A DNA stretch of 64,000 nt, taken from NCBI GenBank assembly GCA_963705295.1, contig OY970065.1, forward strand, positions 768,001-832,000, read 5' to 3'. Positions 29,221 to 38,859 of this stretch are shown in pieces. The notes under the pieces are model-generated. The model made no database searches, was not told the DNA's origin, and saw only the letters and a program-made list of their open reading frames with translations. The DNA comes from Parachlamydiales bacterium (GTDB lineage: Bacteria > Chlamydiota > Chlamydiia > Chlamydiales > Rhabdochlamydiaceae). Each line of letters begins with the position of its first letter. Positions within the stretch are counted from its first letter, which is position 1. The position numbers and the translations under genes are program-made.

Positions 29221-30621
29221 CCCTTGATTTGACAAAAACCATTTTGCCCCACGTCCATAACCTTGAACATCAATCAACCCAAGTCTTTTAAGATGTTGAA
29301 AGTCATCACGTAAGGTACGATCAGCAGGGGGATTAGAAAGTTTTAACTTAACTTCAATGAAAGTTATTCCTCTTCCAAAATAAGTCGCTACGGATTGTAA
29401 GATATGTCTTTGACGCTCGGTCAGATCATGCGATATCCGATAAGGGGCTATATAGCCACTGGGTAAAAATCGGATACAAAATGAATTGGCTTGCTCAGAA
29501 AATTCGGGCTCTGGATGACCTGCTTTCACACATAAGCTTACAATTTTTTGTGTCCCACGCCCCCATTTTTCGATCAACCCTCTATTATAAAAGATTGTTG
29601 CAATCAACGGATTGCGCTGATGAGAAACGTGATCCTTTTTCAAATCTGCTGGGGTCAGTCCAAAAGGTAAGGTTCCGTCATTCCAAATTTCTAAATGATC
29701 ATCAAAAATTGCAATACTAACCGCACCTCCAGGTGAAGTGTATGTACGATGGCAAAAAGCATTTACCAAGGCTTCCCGAAGAGCAACCAAAGGAAATAAA
29801 GGCTCATCTACGCGTTCCAAAACACCTGGAAGAATTTTTCCAGCGATAGGTAAATGTTTTCGCAGAAAAAGCATGGCTTCTTCAAGAAGATAAAAGGCAT
29901 TTCCTAACAATTGACGTTGATCAATAAATTCTGATTTATCAGTTCCCTTGAAACGAGCTAGCCTTAATTGGCATTGTGTATACTCAGGGAGAAATTTTTT
30001 TCCAAAAAGAACGATTGCTGCATTGAGTAGCCGACCTTTTTTTCTCAATCCTAATTTGTCGAGAATGGAAGGAATGTCGTCTTCTTGAGATTCTGGAAGA
30101 CGACCGACTTCTGTTCCAATTCTAATAGTTCGCCATATTTCTTCACCACTCAAGTCATCGATTGTATAGTCAAGCACTTGCTGGGTTTCCCATCGTAGAT
30201 TATGATAATTCCGTTCCAAAAGTAATTTCTGATAAACTTGTTGAGACATTTGAGAGACTGTAGATTCAATTCTGTGATAGGGACGACCGCAGAAGACATA
30301 GGGTACATCACTCTCTCTAGGGGAAGCAGTCAAAACAATAACTTCTTTGTTAGGTTCAAGCTCAATTCTGTCCAAATTAATCGCCGGAGGTGGTTCGAAT
30401 TTCTTAATTAACTCAGCCAGTTCTCGAAAAGTTGAGTCAGAAATAGTTTGCCCGACAATTTTTTTCTCGGAGGATATTCCGATTACAACCTTCCCTCCTT
30501 TTCCATTCAAAAATCCACAAAGCGCTTCTCCTACACTAGAAGCAGTGGATTTTTTGAATTCGAGTGTCTCAGACTCGCCTCTATGAATGAGTTCTTGTAA
30601 AGTTGTGAGATCCATCATCAC
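29206..30621 (-). CDS. AlbA_2/Schlafen-like + HATPase_c_4 + wHTH protein
   Basis: GESETLEFKKS, FLNGKGG.VVIG, ALREALVNAFCHR, RNPLIA, IEKWGRG, RTLRDDF.HL..LGLI. Confidence 0.85.
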   Translation of the reverse strand: MMMDLTTLQELIHRGESETLEFKKSTASSVGEALCGFLNGKGGKVVIGISSEKKIVGQTISDSTFRELAELIKKFEPPPAINLDRIELEPNKEVIVLTASPRESDVPYVFCGRPYHRIESTVSQMSQQVYQKLLLERNYHNLRWETQQVLDYTIDDLSGEEIWRTIRIGTEVGRLPESQEDDIPSILDKLGLRKKGRLLNAAIVLFGKKFLPEYTQCQLRLARFKGTDKSEFIDQRQLLGNAFYLLEEAMLFLRKHLPIAGKILPGVLERVDEPLFPLVALREALVNAFCHRTYTSPGGAVSIAIFDDHLEIWNDGTLPFGLTPADLKKDHVSHQRNPLIATIFYNRGLIEKWGRGTQKIVSLCVKAGHPEPEFSEQANSFCIRFLPSGYIAPYRISHDLTERQRHILQSVATYFGRGITFIEVKLKLSNPPADRTLRDDFQHLKRLGLIDVQGYGRGAKWFLSNQGNKAE

Positions 30622-30718
30622 CTCAAAATGATAAAGATATTAAAAGAATTTTTCCAATTTGTAAGTTTTTTTCCCTTTTACTGGAAAAAGTTGTATATTT
30701 GATTGCTTTAAGACCTAT

Positions 30719-31912
30719 ATGGATAGAAAAACGGAATTTAAATATTTATTTCTGATCATTGTTGTCTTTATAGCTGCGTGTGTAGAGACGGATATTTACT
30801 TGCCGGCGTTTCCGGACATGATGGTCTGGTTTGGGGCTTCGGAGGGAGATATTCAGGGACTGTTGACGTGGAATTTCGTGGGGATCTGTGTTTCGGGACC
30901 CTTGTACGGTCCATTGTCGGATGCGTATGGGAGAAAAAAACCTTTAATCGGGGCCCTTTGTTTATTTTTGGCAGGGAGTATTGTGACGCTTTTTGCTCAG
31001 AATCTTGATCAGATGTTATGGGGTCGTATTTTGCAGGGGGTAGGGAGTGGCGGATGCTTTACCTTGGGAACGGCGATTATCTTTGATGCGTTTCAGAAAG
31101 ACAGGGCCGTCACTGCGATCAATAACATCAATATGATTATACCTGTCATTATGTCAGCCGCCCCCATGTTAGGGGGATATTTGAATTTCACGTTTGGATT
31201 CCGCAGTAATTTTCTTGCCATAGCCATTTTTGTTTTAATTAGCATGATCATCTGTTTAGTTTTGTTTAAAGAAACACACCCGAAGGAAAAAAGAATACCT
31301 TTACAGATGGCATCCCTATTGAGAGATTTTAAATTGGCTTTGACAAATGTCGCTTTTTGGCAAATAACACTGATCGTCAGTCTGGTTTTTGGAGCTTATA
31401 TCGCTTTTCTTTCTGGGACCTCGGTCCTTTTCGTTGTCGAATTTGGTATGAGCAAAAAAGTTTTTCCATTTATCCAGGCTTCTATTTTGGGTGGTTGGGT
31501 TATAGGCGGTCTTGTTTTAAACAGGTGCATTACAAAGTGGGGAACTTTTAAGCTTAAAAAAGCCGGGGTTGTGTTGTGTGTTTTGGGGGCCATCATTCTC
31601 GGTCTTGTCACGTGGATGACTCCTCGAGATCCGTATCTCCTCACTAGCGGCATGGTGCTTTTTGCTGTGGGAGCCAACTGGGTTATCGGACTTTATTTTC
31701 CCGAAGGGATGGAGCTGCTGCCTCAAATTAAAGGAATTACAGCGAGTCTTTTGACCAGTGCACGCTTACTGATTGCCGCTTTAATAGTAGGCCTCACCAG
31801 CAATCTTTATAACGGGACCGTTTATCCTCTTTCAGCCGTTGTTGTCGGTACCATCGTCGCCATTTTGCCGATGATCTTCTTTTATGAAAGAAAGCAAATT
31901 ATAGAGGTTTAA
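30719..31912 (+). CDS. MFS transporter, Bcr/CflA drug-resistance type
   Basis: ETDIYLPAFP, GPLSDAYGRK, GRILQGVG; about 12 TMs. Confidence 0.9.
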   Translation: MDRKTEFKYLFLIIVVFIAACVETDIYLPAFPDMMVWFGASEGDIQGLLTWNFVGICVSGPLYGPLSDAYGRKKPLIGALCLFLAGSIVTLFAQNLDQMLWGRILQGVGSGGCFTLGTAIIFDAFQKDRAVTAINNINMIIPVIMSAAPMLGGYLNFTFGFRSNFLAIAIFVLISMIICLVLFKETHPKEKRIPLQMASLLRDFKLALTNVAFWQITLIVSLVFGAYIAFLSGTSVLFVVEFGMSKKVFPFIQASILGGWVIGGLVLNRCITKWGTFKLKKAGVVLCVLGAIILGLVTWMTPRDPYLLTSGMVLFAVGANWVIGLYFPEGMELLPQIKGITASLLTSARLLIAALIVGLTSNLYNGTVYPLSAVVVGTIVAILPMIFFYERKQIIEV

Positions 31913-33599
31913 AAATGCCACATTCGAATTCGAAAATTCCGTTCTCATCAGTTCTCCGAGCTATAGCTTCTTTTTTCCATGTGAAATAATGAGGAAATGT
32001 GGTTTCGACTTGAGAATGGGGTGCCAAATCTGCTGTTGATGCGGGAATCCCTTTATTCAAATGAGGAAAATCTAAGACCAATATGAACGGGTCATAGTTC
32101 TGAAATCCGATCATAAAACCGTGCTCAGTTTCTGATCTTTTTTCGAGGGTAAAAAAGAAGCGGGAATTTTGGATGTTCACAACACGTCTGAGAGTTTTCT
32201 TAAAAAGCAACTGTAAGGGAATTTTTATATGGAGAGTGCCGACATATTGAACGCGAGCTGGAGGAAGAGCTGAGATGACTGTTAATGACTCAAGTACCTC
32301 AAATCGGATGGCATCGAGGGCGGTATACCCATCTATTTCGTGAAGAAATTGAAGAGCAGTCTTTTGATCTCCTTTAATTTCATTCATGGCCCATTGGATC
32401 ATGGCACTATGGAATTCTGTTTCATTTTTCAATCGGAGAGTGACTTGACTCATGAGTTTTTGAATAAACTCTCGAGAAAGTTCGTGCAATTTCTTTTCTG
32501 CAATCACGTCCATTATTTGACTTGCAAAAAGTCGAAGAACTTGATCATAAATGAGCCAGTAGTGAGGTGCATTTCTCCACGTGGAGGCTTCCGCAAGATT
32601 ATTCCCAATGATTTTATCGCGTACAATGATTTCACATTGCCGTTGAAGGTCTTCATAAAGGATTTCATGGGCCAATTGAAGAAGTTGGGGGATTTGCTCC
32701 CGAGTTGCCAAAACTTCTTTCCCAAGCGTTAAACACCACTTGACTAGAAGCATGACAATCGGTTTGGGATAAGACGTGAAAGAAACGGCGTTTCTTGCCT
32801 TGCCGTCTTGGCAAGTTATCTGTTTTACTTCTCGAAAATTCCCCCGAGTTGCATGGTTGCAAAAGGGGGATGCTTGGAAGAATATGCCAGGAGCGTAGAC
32901 CTCTTCTTGATCGGCGCAGAGTAAAACCGTATCTAGATTTCTGGGATCATCGAGAAGCTTTAGGAACCGAGTTTGGAAATCTATCGTAGGAATAAAAACA
33001 GTGTTTTGAAGCTTTTCCATTTCATCATGAAGTCTTCCGCATTCAATTTTGAGTGCTAAGAGATGAGTTTCGATACTCTTTTTTTCTTCTGGTGCATTTG
33101 CTAAAATCCATTGAGCTTGTTTATTTGCATCGGATAAGATCGCTGCAGCATTGTCTCCTATTTCAGAAGCCGTATCAGCTTCTTTTTTCATATTAGACTC
33201 TAACTTGGAGATCAAACTAACGATGGCACTATTTTGAGGGAACTTTGTTTGGAGCATGTAGAGGGTCTTGAGGGTTTCACGGGCGGACTCCCTTTTTAAT
33301 TCTTGGAGGAAAGGATTTTTCGTTAAAAAGGTTTGGATAAAGCTGTTGACGTGGGAGTGTTTGATATCGGCCCCGAAAAGAAAGTGCCACAGACGTTCTC
33401 GAAGAGAGAGAGGTTTGGCAACGGTTCGAAGAATCCCATCAGCGACAATGGCTACCCTTTCGTGACCCAACGTCCCTAATAATCTCAAATCACTCAGAAT
33501 TGGACGTATTTCCGAAAAGGAAGAATACCGTTTGGGTGTAAAGAGAGTCGGGGGGTTCCAGAAGAGAGACCAGAAGTGAGATAGGAGACGTTGTATCAT
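31899..33599 (-). CDS. BTB/POZ-BACK domain protein (eukaryote-like effector candidate)
   Basis: DTVLLC..ASPFC..GNFRE..LLQLAHEILYEDLQRQCE (BTB); LHELSREFIQKLM..NETEFHSAMIQWA..LDAIRF (BACK); upstream coiled coil. Confidence 0.72.
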   Translation of the reverse strand: MIQRLLSHFWSLFWNPPTLFTPKRYSSFSEIRPILSDLRLLGTLGHERVAIVADGILRTVAKPLSLRERLWHFLFGADIKHSHVNSFIQTFLTKNPFLQELKRESARETLKTLYMLQTKFPQNSAIVSLISKLESNMKKEADTASEIGDNAAAILSDANKQAQWILANAPEEKKSIETHLLALKIECGRLHDEMEKLQNTVFIPTIDFQTRFLKLLDDPRNLDTVLLCADQEEVYAPGIFFQASPFCNHATRGNFREVKQITCQDGKARNAVSFTSYPKPIVMLLVKWCLTLGKEVLATREQIPQLLQLAHEILYEDLQRQCEIIVRDKIIGNNLAEASTWRNAPHYWLIYDQVLRLFASQIMDVIAEKKLHELSREFIQKLMSQVTLRLKNETEFHSAMIQWAMNEIKGDQKTALQFLHEIDGYTALDAIRFEVLESLTVISALPPARVQYVGTLHIKIPLQLLFKKTLRRVVNIQNSRFFFTLEKRSETEHGFMIGFQNYDPFILVLDFPHLNKGIPASTADLAPHSQVETTFPHYFTWKKEAIARRTDENGIFEFECGIFKPL

Positions 33600-33668
33600 G
33601 GAAATATTATAACACAGGGGTTAGAATTGCCAAGATCTCTTTTTTCTGATAAGATGATGAATATTTTT

Positions 33669-34781
33669 ATGAAAACAAATTCTTTGCCAAAAGCTCAAAA
33701 TCCTCTTTTACTGAGGTTTCACCGGTTGGTGGACGCATTTGCGAAATCGGATGATGAGAGGGATTTTTACTTGGATCGGATTGAAGGATTTATTGTCTAT
33801 GTCGACCTGGATAAGGGACAGAAAGAGCTGGATGATCTTGAGATTGAGGTAGTTGAGCACAGGGATCGGTATGCGATCATCCCTAAAATGACGTTCTATG
33901 AGTCGAAGAAATTCATGGAAGGATTTGTCAATGAAAAAGTTTACGATATCGATACGAAAGAAAAACTTTTAGATGTCATTCAGTCAAAGGAAGCGCGGGA
34001 GAATTTTTTAGAGTTTATCTATGACCATTTGACCGAACTGGAGAAATGGCAGCTTTACTATGCCGAGAGGATGAGAATTCGGATCATTGAATGGCTCCGG
34101 TCGCAAGAATTTGTATTTGTGTTCGAGGAAGATTTAGATCTACCGAAGGTTGTGGTGGAAAAGGTGAAGCAGCAACTCTTTGATTCTAAGGTCGGTAAGG
34201 ATGTTGCCCAAGCTAGGGAAGTTTTGAATCAAAAAGCAAAAACCTACTATTCGAGCGAAGCCCTGAATCCTCGCCCCAAACGAGGCCGTCCCCCTAAGCA
34301 ACAAGTCAAAATCGAAGTTGAACCGCAACTGACAGGCGATATTTACACCACCGTTCCCCCGGCTTGTCGACTCTTTTTATACCTGCCTGATATTGCAAGT
34401 GTTACTGCTGTGACATTCTCTTCTCGTTATGGAACGGAGGCGGAACTTCTGGCCAGTTTGCGTGGAACAACGCGGGTCAAAGTCGATACCAAACTCGAGG
34501 CGCTTTCTCAACGTTTGGAGTCTCTCCGTCAGCTGTCGAGTCGTTTGGCAGGCATAGAAGAAATTGTCGGTGAAAAAGAGACCCGCTTGATGAAAGCGGT
34601 CTCTCAACAAGAACCTGCTCCTGTCGAAGAAGAAGTACCCAAGAAACGGGGACTTCTCGATGTTGTTAAAGGTTTTTTACCACGTCGCAAAGAAAAGAAA
34701 CCAGAATCAGCTGAAGAACCGAAAGCTCCTCCACCTGCCGTGAAAAAAGTCACACCGATCCAATCCAGGAAGAAAAAATGA
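33669..34781 (+). CDS. UPF0158-family protein (chlamydial), with AT-hook-like KRGRPPK
   Basis: QNPLLLR..AFAKSDDERDFYLDR, FVNEKVYDIDTKEK, LNPRPKRGRPPKQ; start approximate. Confidence 0.8.
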   Translation: MKTNSLPKAQNPLLLRFHRLVDAFAKSDDERDFYLDRIEGFIVYVDLDKGQKELDDLEIEVVEHRDRYAIIPKMTFYESKKFMEGFVNEKVYDIDTKEKLLDVIQSKEARENFLEFIYDHLTELEKWQLYYAERMRIRIIEWLRSQEFVFVFEEDLDLPKVVVEKVKQQLFDSKVGKDVAQAREVLNQKAKTYYSSEALNPRPKRGRPPKQQVKIEVEPQLTGDIYTTVPPACRLFLYLPDIASVTAVTFSSRYGTEAELLASLRGTTRVKVDTKLEALSQRLESLRQLSSRLAGIEEIVGEKETRLMKAVSQQEPAPVEEEVPKKRGLLDVVKGFLPRRKEKKPESAEEPKAPPPAVKKVTPIQSRKKK

Positions 34782-36796
34782 CGGTTGCGGAAGTGCAGAT
34801 TGGAAAAACTCTCGCACTGAAAACCTTGGAAGTGATGTATCAAACCCGCTTCATGGATGAAAAGTGCCTCAAGTTATCCCGTCAAAATAAAGGGGGAACG
34901 TTTCAACTTTCTGTTGCTGGGCATGAACTGATTGGTGCTCTATCGGCACTCAGTTTAACGCCGGGGAAAGATTGGGGTCTTCCGTATTACCGCGATCGAG
35001 CTTTTGCCATTGGACTGGGGTCTTCTCTGACCGATCTTTTAGGTGCATTTTTAGCGCGCGATGTTCCTCACCATTCGGGAGGCCGGATGATGCCTGAACA
35101 TTTTGTCCATAGGGAACTTCGGATTCCGTGCCAATCGAGCTGTGTTGGAACCCAATTTTTGCAAGCAGTCGGTGTCGCCAAAGGGGTTCAATTCTTAGGA
35201 CGCGATGACGTCGTCTATGTATCAGGAGGCGATGGTTCGACTTCGCAAGGCGATTTTCATGAAGCTCTGAATTTTTCTTGTCTCCACCGTTTGGGCGTCG
35301 TTTTTGTGATCCAAGACAACGGGTGGGCTATTTCGGTTCCCCTCCATGAACAAACCGCCGGTGGATCGATCGCCAAAATGGCGCGTGGCTATGAGGGGCT
35401 TTCTGTCTTTGAAATCGATGGATGTGACTTTGAACAGACGTCGCAAGCGCTTAAGAAAGCGGTTGAAAAAGCACGCCGCTGTGAAGGTCCCAGTTTAGTG
35501 GTTGCTAAAGTTCCTCGTCTCGGGCCTCATAGCAATAGCGATGATCCTTCAAAATACCAAGATAAAGCGTGTATTGAAAACGAAAAAGCCAAAGACCCTA
35601 TTCCTCGTTTAGAAAATTGGATTGTCGATATGGGTCTTGCTTCTCGGCTAGAGCTGGGTGAGATGAAAAAGATGGCTTTTGCTCAGATCGAAATGGCTGC
35701 GACGGAAGCGGAACAAATTCCTTTTCCTGATCCAGCAACCGCGACCGATAAAGTTTTTGTTCCAGTTCCCGATGTCGAATTCCAAGAAAAAGAGTCTTCC
35801 GCTGAATCGATTGTGATGGTCGATGCTTTGAACCATGCGATCGATGAAGAAATGGCCAGAGATCCCCATGTTGTTGTTTTTGGAGAAGATGTCGCTCATG
35901 GAAAAGGGGGTGTCTTTGGAGTCACCCGCGGGCTGACAGCTAAATACGGCGCTGAGAGGTGCTTTAACTCGCCCTTGGCCGAGTCGAGTATCATCGGAAT
36001 TGCTTTAGGGATGTCTCTTGTCGATGGAATCAAACCGGTCGTTGAAATTCAGTTTGCCGATTACCTATGGCCTGGAATCAATCAGCTCTTCAATGAAATC
36101 TCCAGCTTTTATTACCGATCGAATGGAGAATGGAACTGTCCTCTCGTGGTTCGGATGCCTTATGGCGGCTATATCCAAGGCGGTCCTTACCACTCTCAAA
36201 GTATCGAAGCTTTTTTAGCCCACTGCCCAGGTCTGAAAGTCGTCATCCCGAGCAATGCTGCCGATGCGAAACGGCTTTTAAAAGCGTCCATCCGAGATCC
36301 GAATCCTGTCGTCTTTCTCGAACATAAAGGGCTCTATCGACAACGGGTTTTCTGTGCTCGCCCAGAACCGACAGACAATGAACTCTCTCCTTTAGGCCCT
36401 GCAAAAGTGGTTCGCCGTGGCACAGACGTCACATTTGTCGGCTGGGGAATGATGATGGTCATGGCATCCGAAGTAGCAGAGACCCTGGCTGGGGAAGGAA
36501 TCCAAGTTGAATTGATCGACCTTCGAACGATGGTTCCTCTAGATATGGAGACAATTTTGACGTCGGTCAAGAAGACCGGTAAATTGGTGATTGCTCATGA
36601 GGCTTCCAAAAGTTGTGGATTTGGAGCGGAAATCGCGGCCCAGGTGAGTGAGAGTGGATTTCAATTTCTCGATGCTCCCATTAGCCGAGTGGGTGGAGAA
36701 GGTTGCGCCGTCCCGTATTGTAAAATCCTCGAAGATGAAGTTCTGCCTCAACGGCACGATCTTGAAAAAGCTCTCAGAGAATTGGCTTTGTATTAA
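34778..36796 (+). CDS. Fused 2-oxoacid (branched-chain type) dehydrogenase E1 alpha/beta
   Basis: PYYRD, GDGSTSQG..DN TPP motif, HSNSDD, FGEDV, GGVFG, EIQFADY. Confidence 0.93.
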   Translation: MTVAEVQIGKTLALKTLEVMYQTRFMDEKCLKLSRQNKGGTFQLSVAGHELIGALSALSLTPGKDWGLPYYRDRAFAIGLGSSLTDLLGAFLARDVPHHSGGRMMPEHFVHRELRIPCQSSCVGTQFLQAVGVAKGVQFLGRDDVVYVSGGDGSTSQGDFHEALNFSCLHRLGVVFVIQDNGWAISVPLHEQTAGGSIAKMARGYEGLSVFEIDGCDFEQTSQALKKAVEKARRCEGPSLVVAKVPRLGPHSNSDDPSKYQDKACIENEKAKDPIPRLENWIVDMGLASRLELGEMKKMAFAQIEMAATEAEQIPFPDPATATDKVFVPVPDVEFQEKESSAESIVMVDALNHAIDEEMARDPHVVVFGEDVAHGKGGVFGVTRGLTAKYGAERCFNSPLAESSIIGIALGMSLVDGIKPVVEIQFADYLWPGINQLFNEISSFYYRSNGEWNCPLVVRMPYGGYIQGGPYHSQSIEAFLAHCPGLKVVIPSNAADAKRLLKASIRDPNPVVFLEHKGLYRQRVFCARPEPTDNELSPLGPAKVVRRGTDVTFVGWGMMMVMASEVAETLAGEGIQVELIDLRTMVPLDMETILTSVKKTGKLVIAHEASKSCGFGAEIAAQVSESGFQFLDAPISRVGGEGCAVPYCKILEDEVLPQRHDLEKALRELALY

Positions 36797-37116
36797 AAGT
36801 TCTTCATTCTTCTTCGATGAATCCGTGCTTTTCTCACAAAAGAAATTGGCCTCAGCCGTTTCTCATTGATGCGACAGATTCTCGCAATTTTCTCTTCCAA
36901 AACCGAATACAACCTCGGCGACTGATGAAGAAGCCTTTGTTTTTCCCCTTCATCTAACTCTTGTGTCATCGCTAGAAGATCATCCAACATTTTCTCTTGT
37001 GCACAGAGTAGCATAGAGCAATCTTCATCACACTCATTCAACTCCTCCGCATTGACAATCAGCTCATCGAGCTTTTTTTCAATTGTAAGTAGACCCATTC
37101 TTTCCTCCAGTCTCAA
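36793..37116 (-). CDS. Hypothetical helical protein
   Basis: 107-aa ORF filling the gap convergent to the E1 gene; no motif recognised. Confidence 0.5.
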   Translation of the reverse strand: MRLEERMGLLTIEKKLDELIVNAEELNECDEDCSMLLCAQEKMLDDLLAMTQELDEGEKQRLLHQSPRLYSVLEEKIARICRINEKRLRPISFVRKARIHRRRMKNF

Positions 37117-37217
37117 AATTCGATATCTACATGGATGGAGAAAAACGTGTCAAATATTATTTTAATGAAAACAAACCTCGACCAGAAATATTGTTCGACT
37201 TAATCTACATCCTTTTT

Positions 37218-37826
37218 ATGAAAATTTTTGGAAAGTGTGTTTTGCTGGGGTCGGTTTTTTCATCGGTCTGTTTTTCTCAGACATCTGAATTTATAAAAAT
37301 GGGAAAGTGGAGTTATGGGACTCCAGCAATTCACGGATGGGGAGAGAAAGCAATCTTAGAAGTAGGGGCTTATTGCTCTATTGCTTCGGGTGTGAATGTT
37401 TTGCTTGGGGGAGAACATCGGATCGATTGGGTGACGACATACCCTTTCAATACTCTTTGGCCTGGCATTGCAGGACATATTACGGGTCATCCAAAAACGA
37501 AAGGAAATGTGGTTATCGGCAATGATGTTTGGATTGGAACGGGCGCTTTTATTTTATCTGGAGTTAAAATCGGGGATGGGGCTGTCGTAGGAGCCCAAGC
37601 TGTTGTTGCCAAAGATGTTCCTCCTTATGCGGTCGCCGTTGGAAATCCGGCTAGAGTTATAAAATATAGGTTCGACTTTCCAACGATTGAAAAATTATTA
37701 AAAATAGCTTGGTGGAATTGGCCCGAGGAAGAAATTGTTAAAGCAATTCCTCTGCTACTTTCAAGCAATATTCAGAGTTTTATTGACTACTGCGAATCTC
37801 AAGGAAAAACAGGAGAGAAAATATGA
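37218..37826 (+). CDS. CatB/Vat-like hexapeptide O-acetyltransferase
   Basis: VGAYCSIA, GGEH, TTYPF, IGNDVWIG, GNPARVIKYRF, LLKIAWWNW; signal-like N-terminus from the ATG at 37218. Confidence 0.88.
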   Translation: MKIFGKCVLLGSVFSSVCFSQTSEFIKMGKWSYGTPAIHGWGEKAILEVGAYCSIASGVNVLLGGEHRIDWVTTYPFNTLWPGIAGHITGHPKTKGNVVIGNDVWIGTGAFILSGVKIGDGAVVGAQAVVAKDVPPYAVAVGNPARVIKYRFDFPTIEKLLKIAWWNWPEEEIVKAIPLLLSSNIQSFIDYCESQGKTGEKI

Positions 37827-38851
37827 GATGGATACAAGGATTAGGAATGCTTTTTCTGGCTTTCATGATACAGGTCATCGCTTATGACGCCCATACAGTT
37901 TTACTACATTCGGAAAAAAACTGTCGTGATTTAGAAAAAACCTTAAACCAATTCAAGATACCTTTCGAAAGGGTTGAAAGAGTTGGCTCAACGGATGAAA
38001 AAATTTATATTTTTGACGATTTGTCCACCATTTCGGAAGTGGAACTACCGCCTTATTTTATTGTTTTCCAAATGGAAGATTTAACCCAAACTCCTCCTTC
38101 TGAGGAAGATCTAAAGAAATGGTCTAAGGCTTTTGCCGTTTGGGATTTCAGTTGGGGAAACATAGGAAAATATAGAGATAGAATTCAACACTACGTCTAT
38201 CTTGAAAAGGAATCTCCTGACATCGTCCCTTTTCTACCCTTATATTTACCCGTTCGAGCCTTGAACGCCTACAGGGAAGTTCTGCAATATAGTACGACGC
38301 ATCCTTCTGATATCTCACAACATTTGCCTGCTATATTTTGTCATGCTGTATTCAATGAACCTAAAGTTATTATTGAAGCGGGTATCAGAGGGGGTGCATC
38401 CACAGTTCCCCTTTATAAAGCCTTGCAACTGACAGAAGGGAAGCTTGTTGGAATTGATAAAGACCGGCAAAGTGGAAATGTCTACACCGAATTGAATGAT
38501 CCAAGAATTTCTTTTCGTCATATGAATGATTTAATTTTTTGTAAATTTTCCTCTAAAGTTTTGGGAGGTAAGAAAATGGATGTCGTCTTCATTGACACAT
38601 CTCACGAATATGAACATACAAAACAAGAAATCCAAGCCTTTGTGCCTCTCTTGTCAAAAAATGGAATGCTCATTTTTCATGATTCGAATTGGTCGCCAGG
38701 ATTATCTGGTGTGACCTCAGCATTGAAGGAATTTTTTATCCCTTTTGATGAGACTAAGTATCAAGATTTATGTTTCTCTAAAAATGAAATAACATGGCAT
38801 ATGATCCATTATCCCAATTGTAATGGACTAACCGTTTTGAAAAAAATTTAG
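37823..38851 (+). CDS. Class I SAM methyltransferase (Methyltransf_24-like) with N-terminal extension
   Basis: IIEAGIRGGAST, VFIDTSHEYE, GMLIFHD; signal-like N-terminus; ATGA coupling. Confidence 0.8.
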   Translation: MRWIQGLGMLFLAFMIQVIAYDAHTVLLHSEKNCRDLEKTLNQFKIPFERVERVGSTDEKIYIFDDLSTISEVELPPYFIVFQMEDLTQTPPSEEDLKKWSKAFAVWDFSWGNIGKYRDRIQHYVYLEKESPDIVPFLPLYLPVRALNAYREVLQYSTTHPSDISQHLPAIFCHAVFNEPKVIIEAGIRGGASTVPLYKALQLTEGKLVGIDKDRQSGNVYTELNDPRISFRHMNDLIFCKFSSKVLGGKKMDVVFIDTSHEYEHTKQEIQAFVPLLSKNGMLIFHDSNWSPGLSGVTSALKEFFIPFDETKYQDLCFSKNEITWHMIHYPNCNGLTVLKKI

Positions 38852-38859
38852 GGGCAAAT

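Noticed and set aside
37218..37826. Antibiotic resistance gene (cat/vat)
   Set aside because: The fold is shared with sugar O-acetyltransferases and the operon context suggests glycan modification
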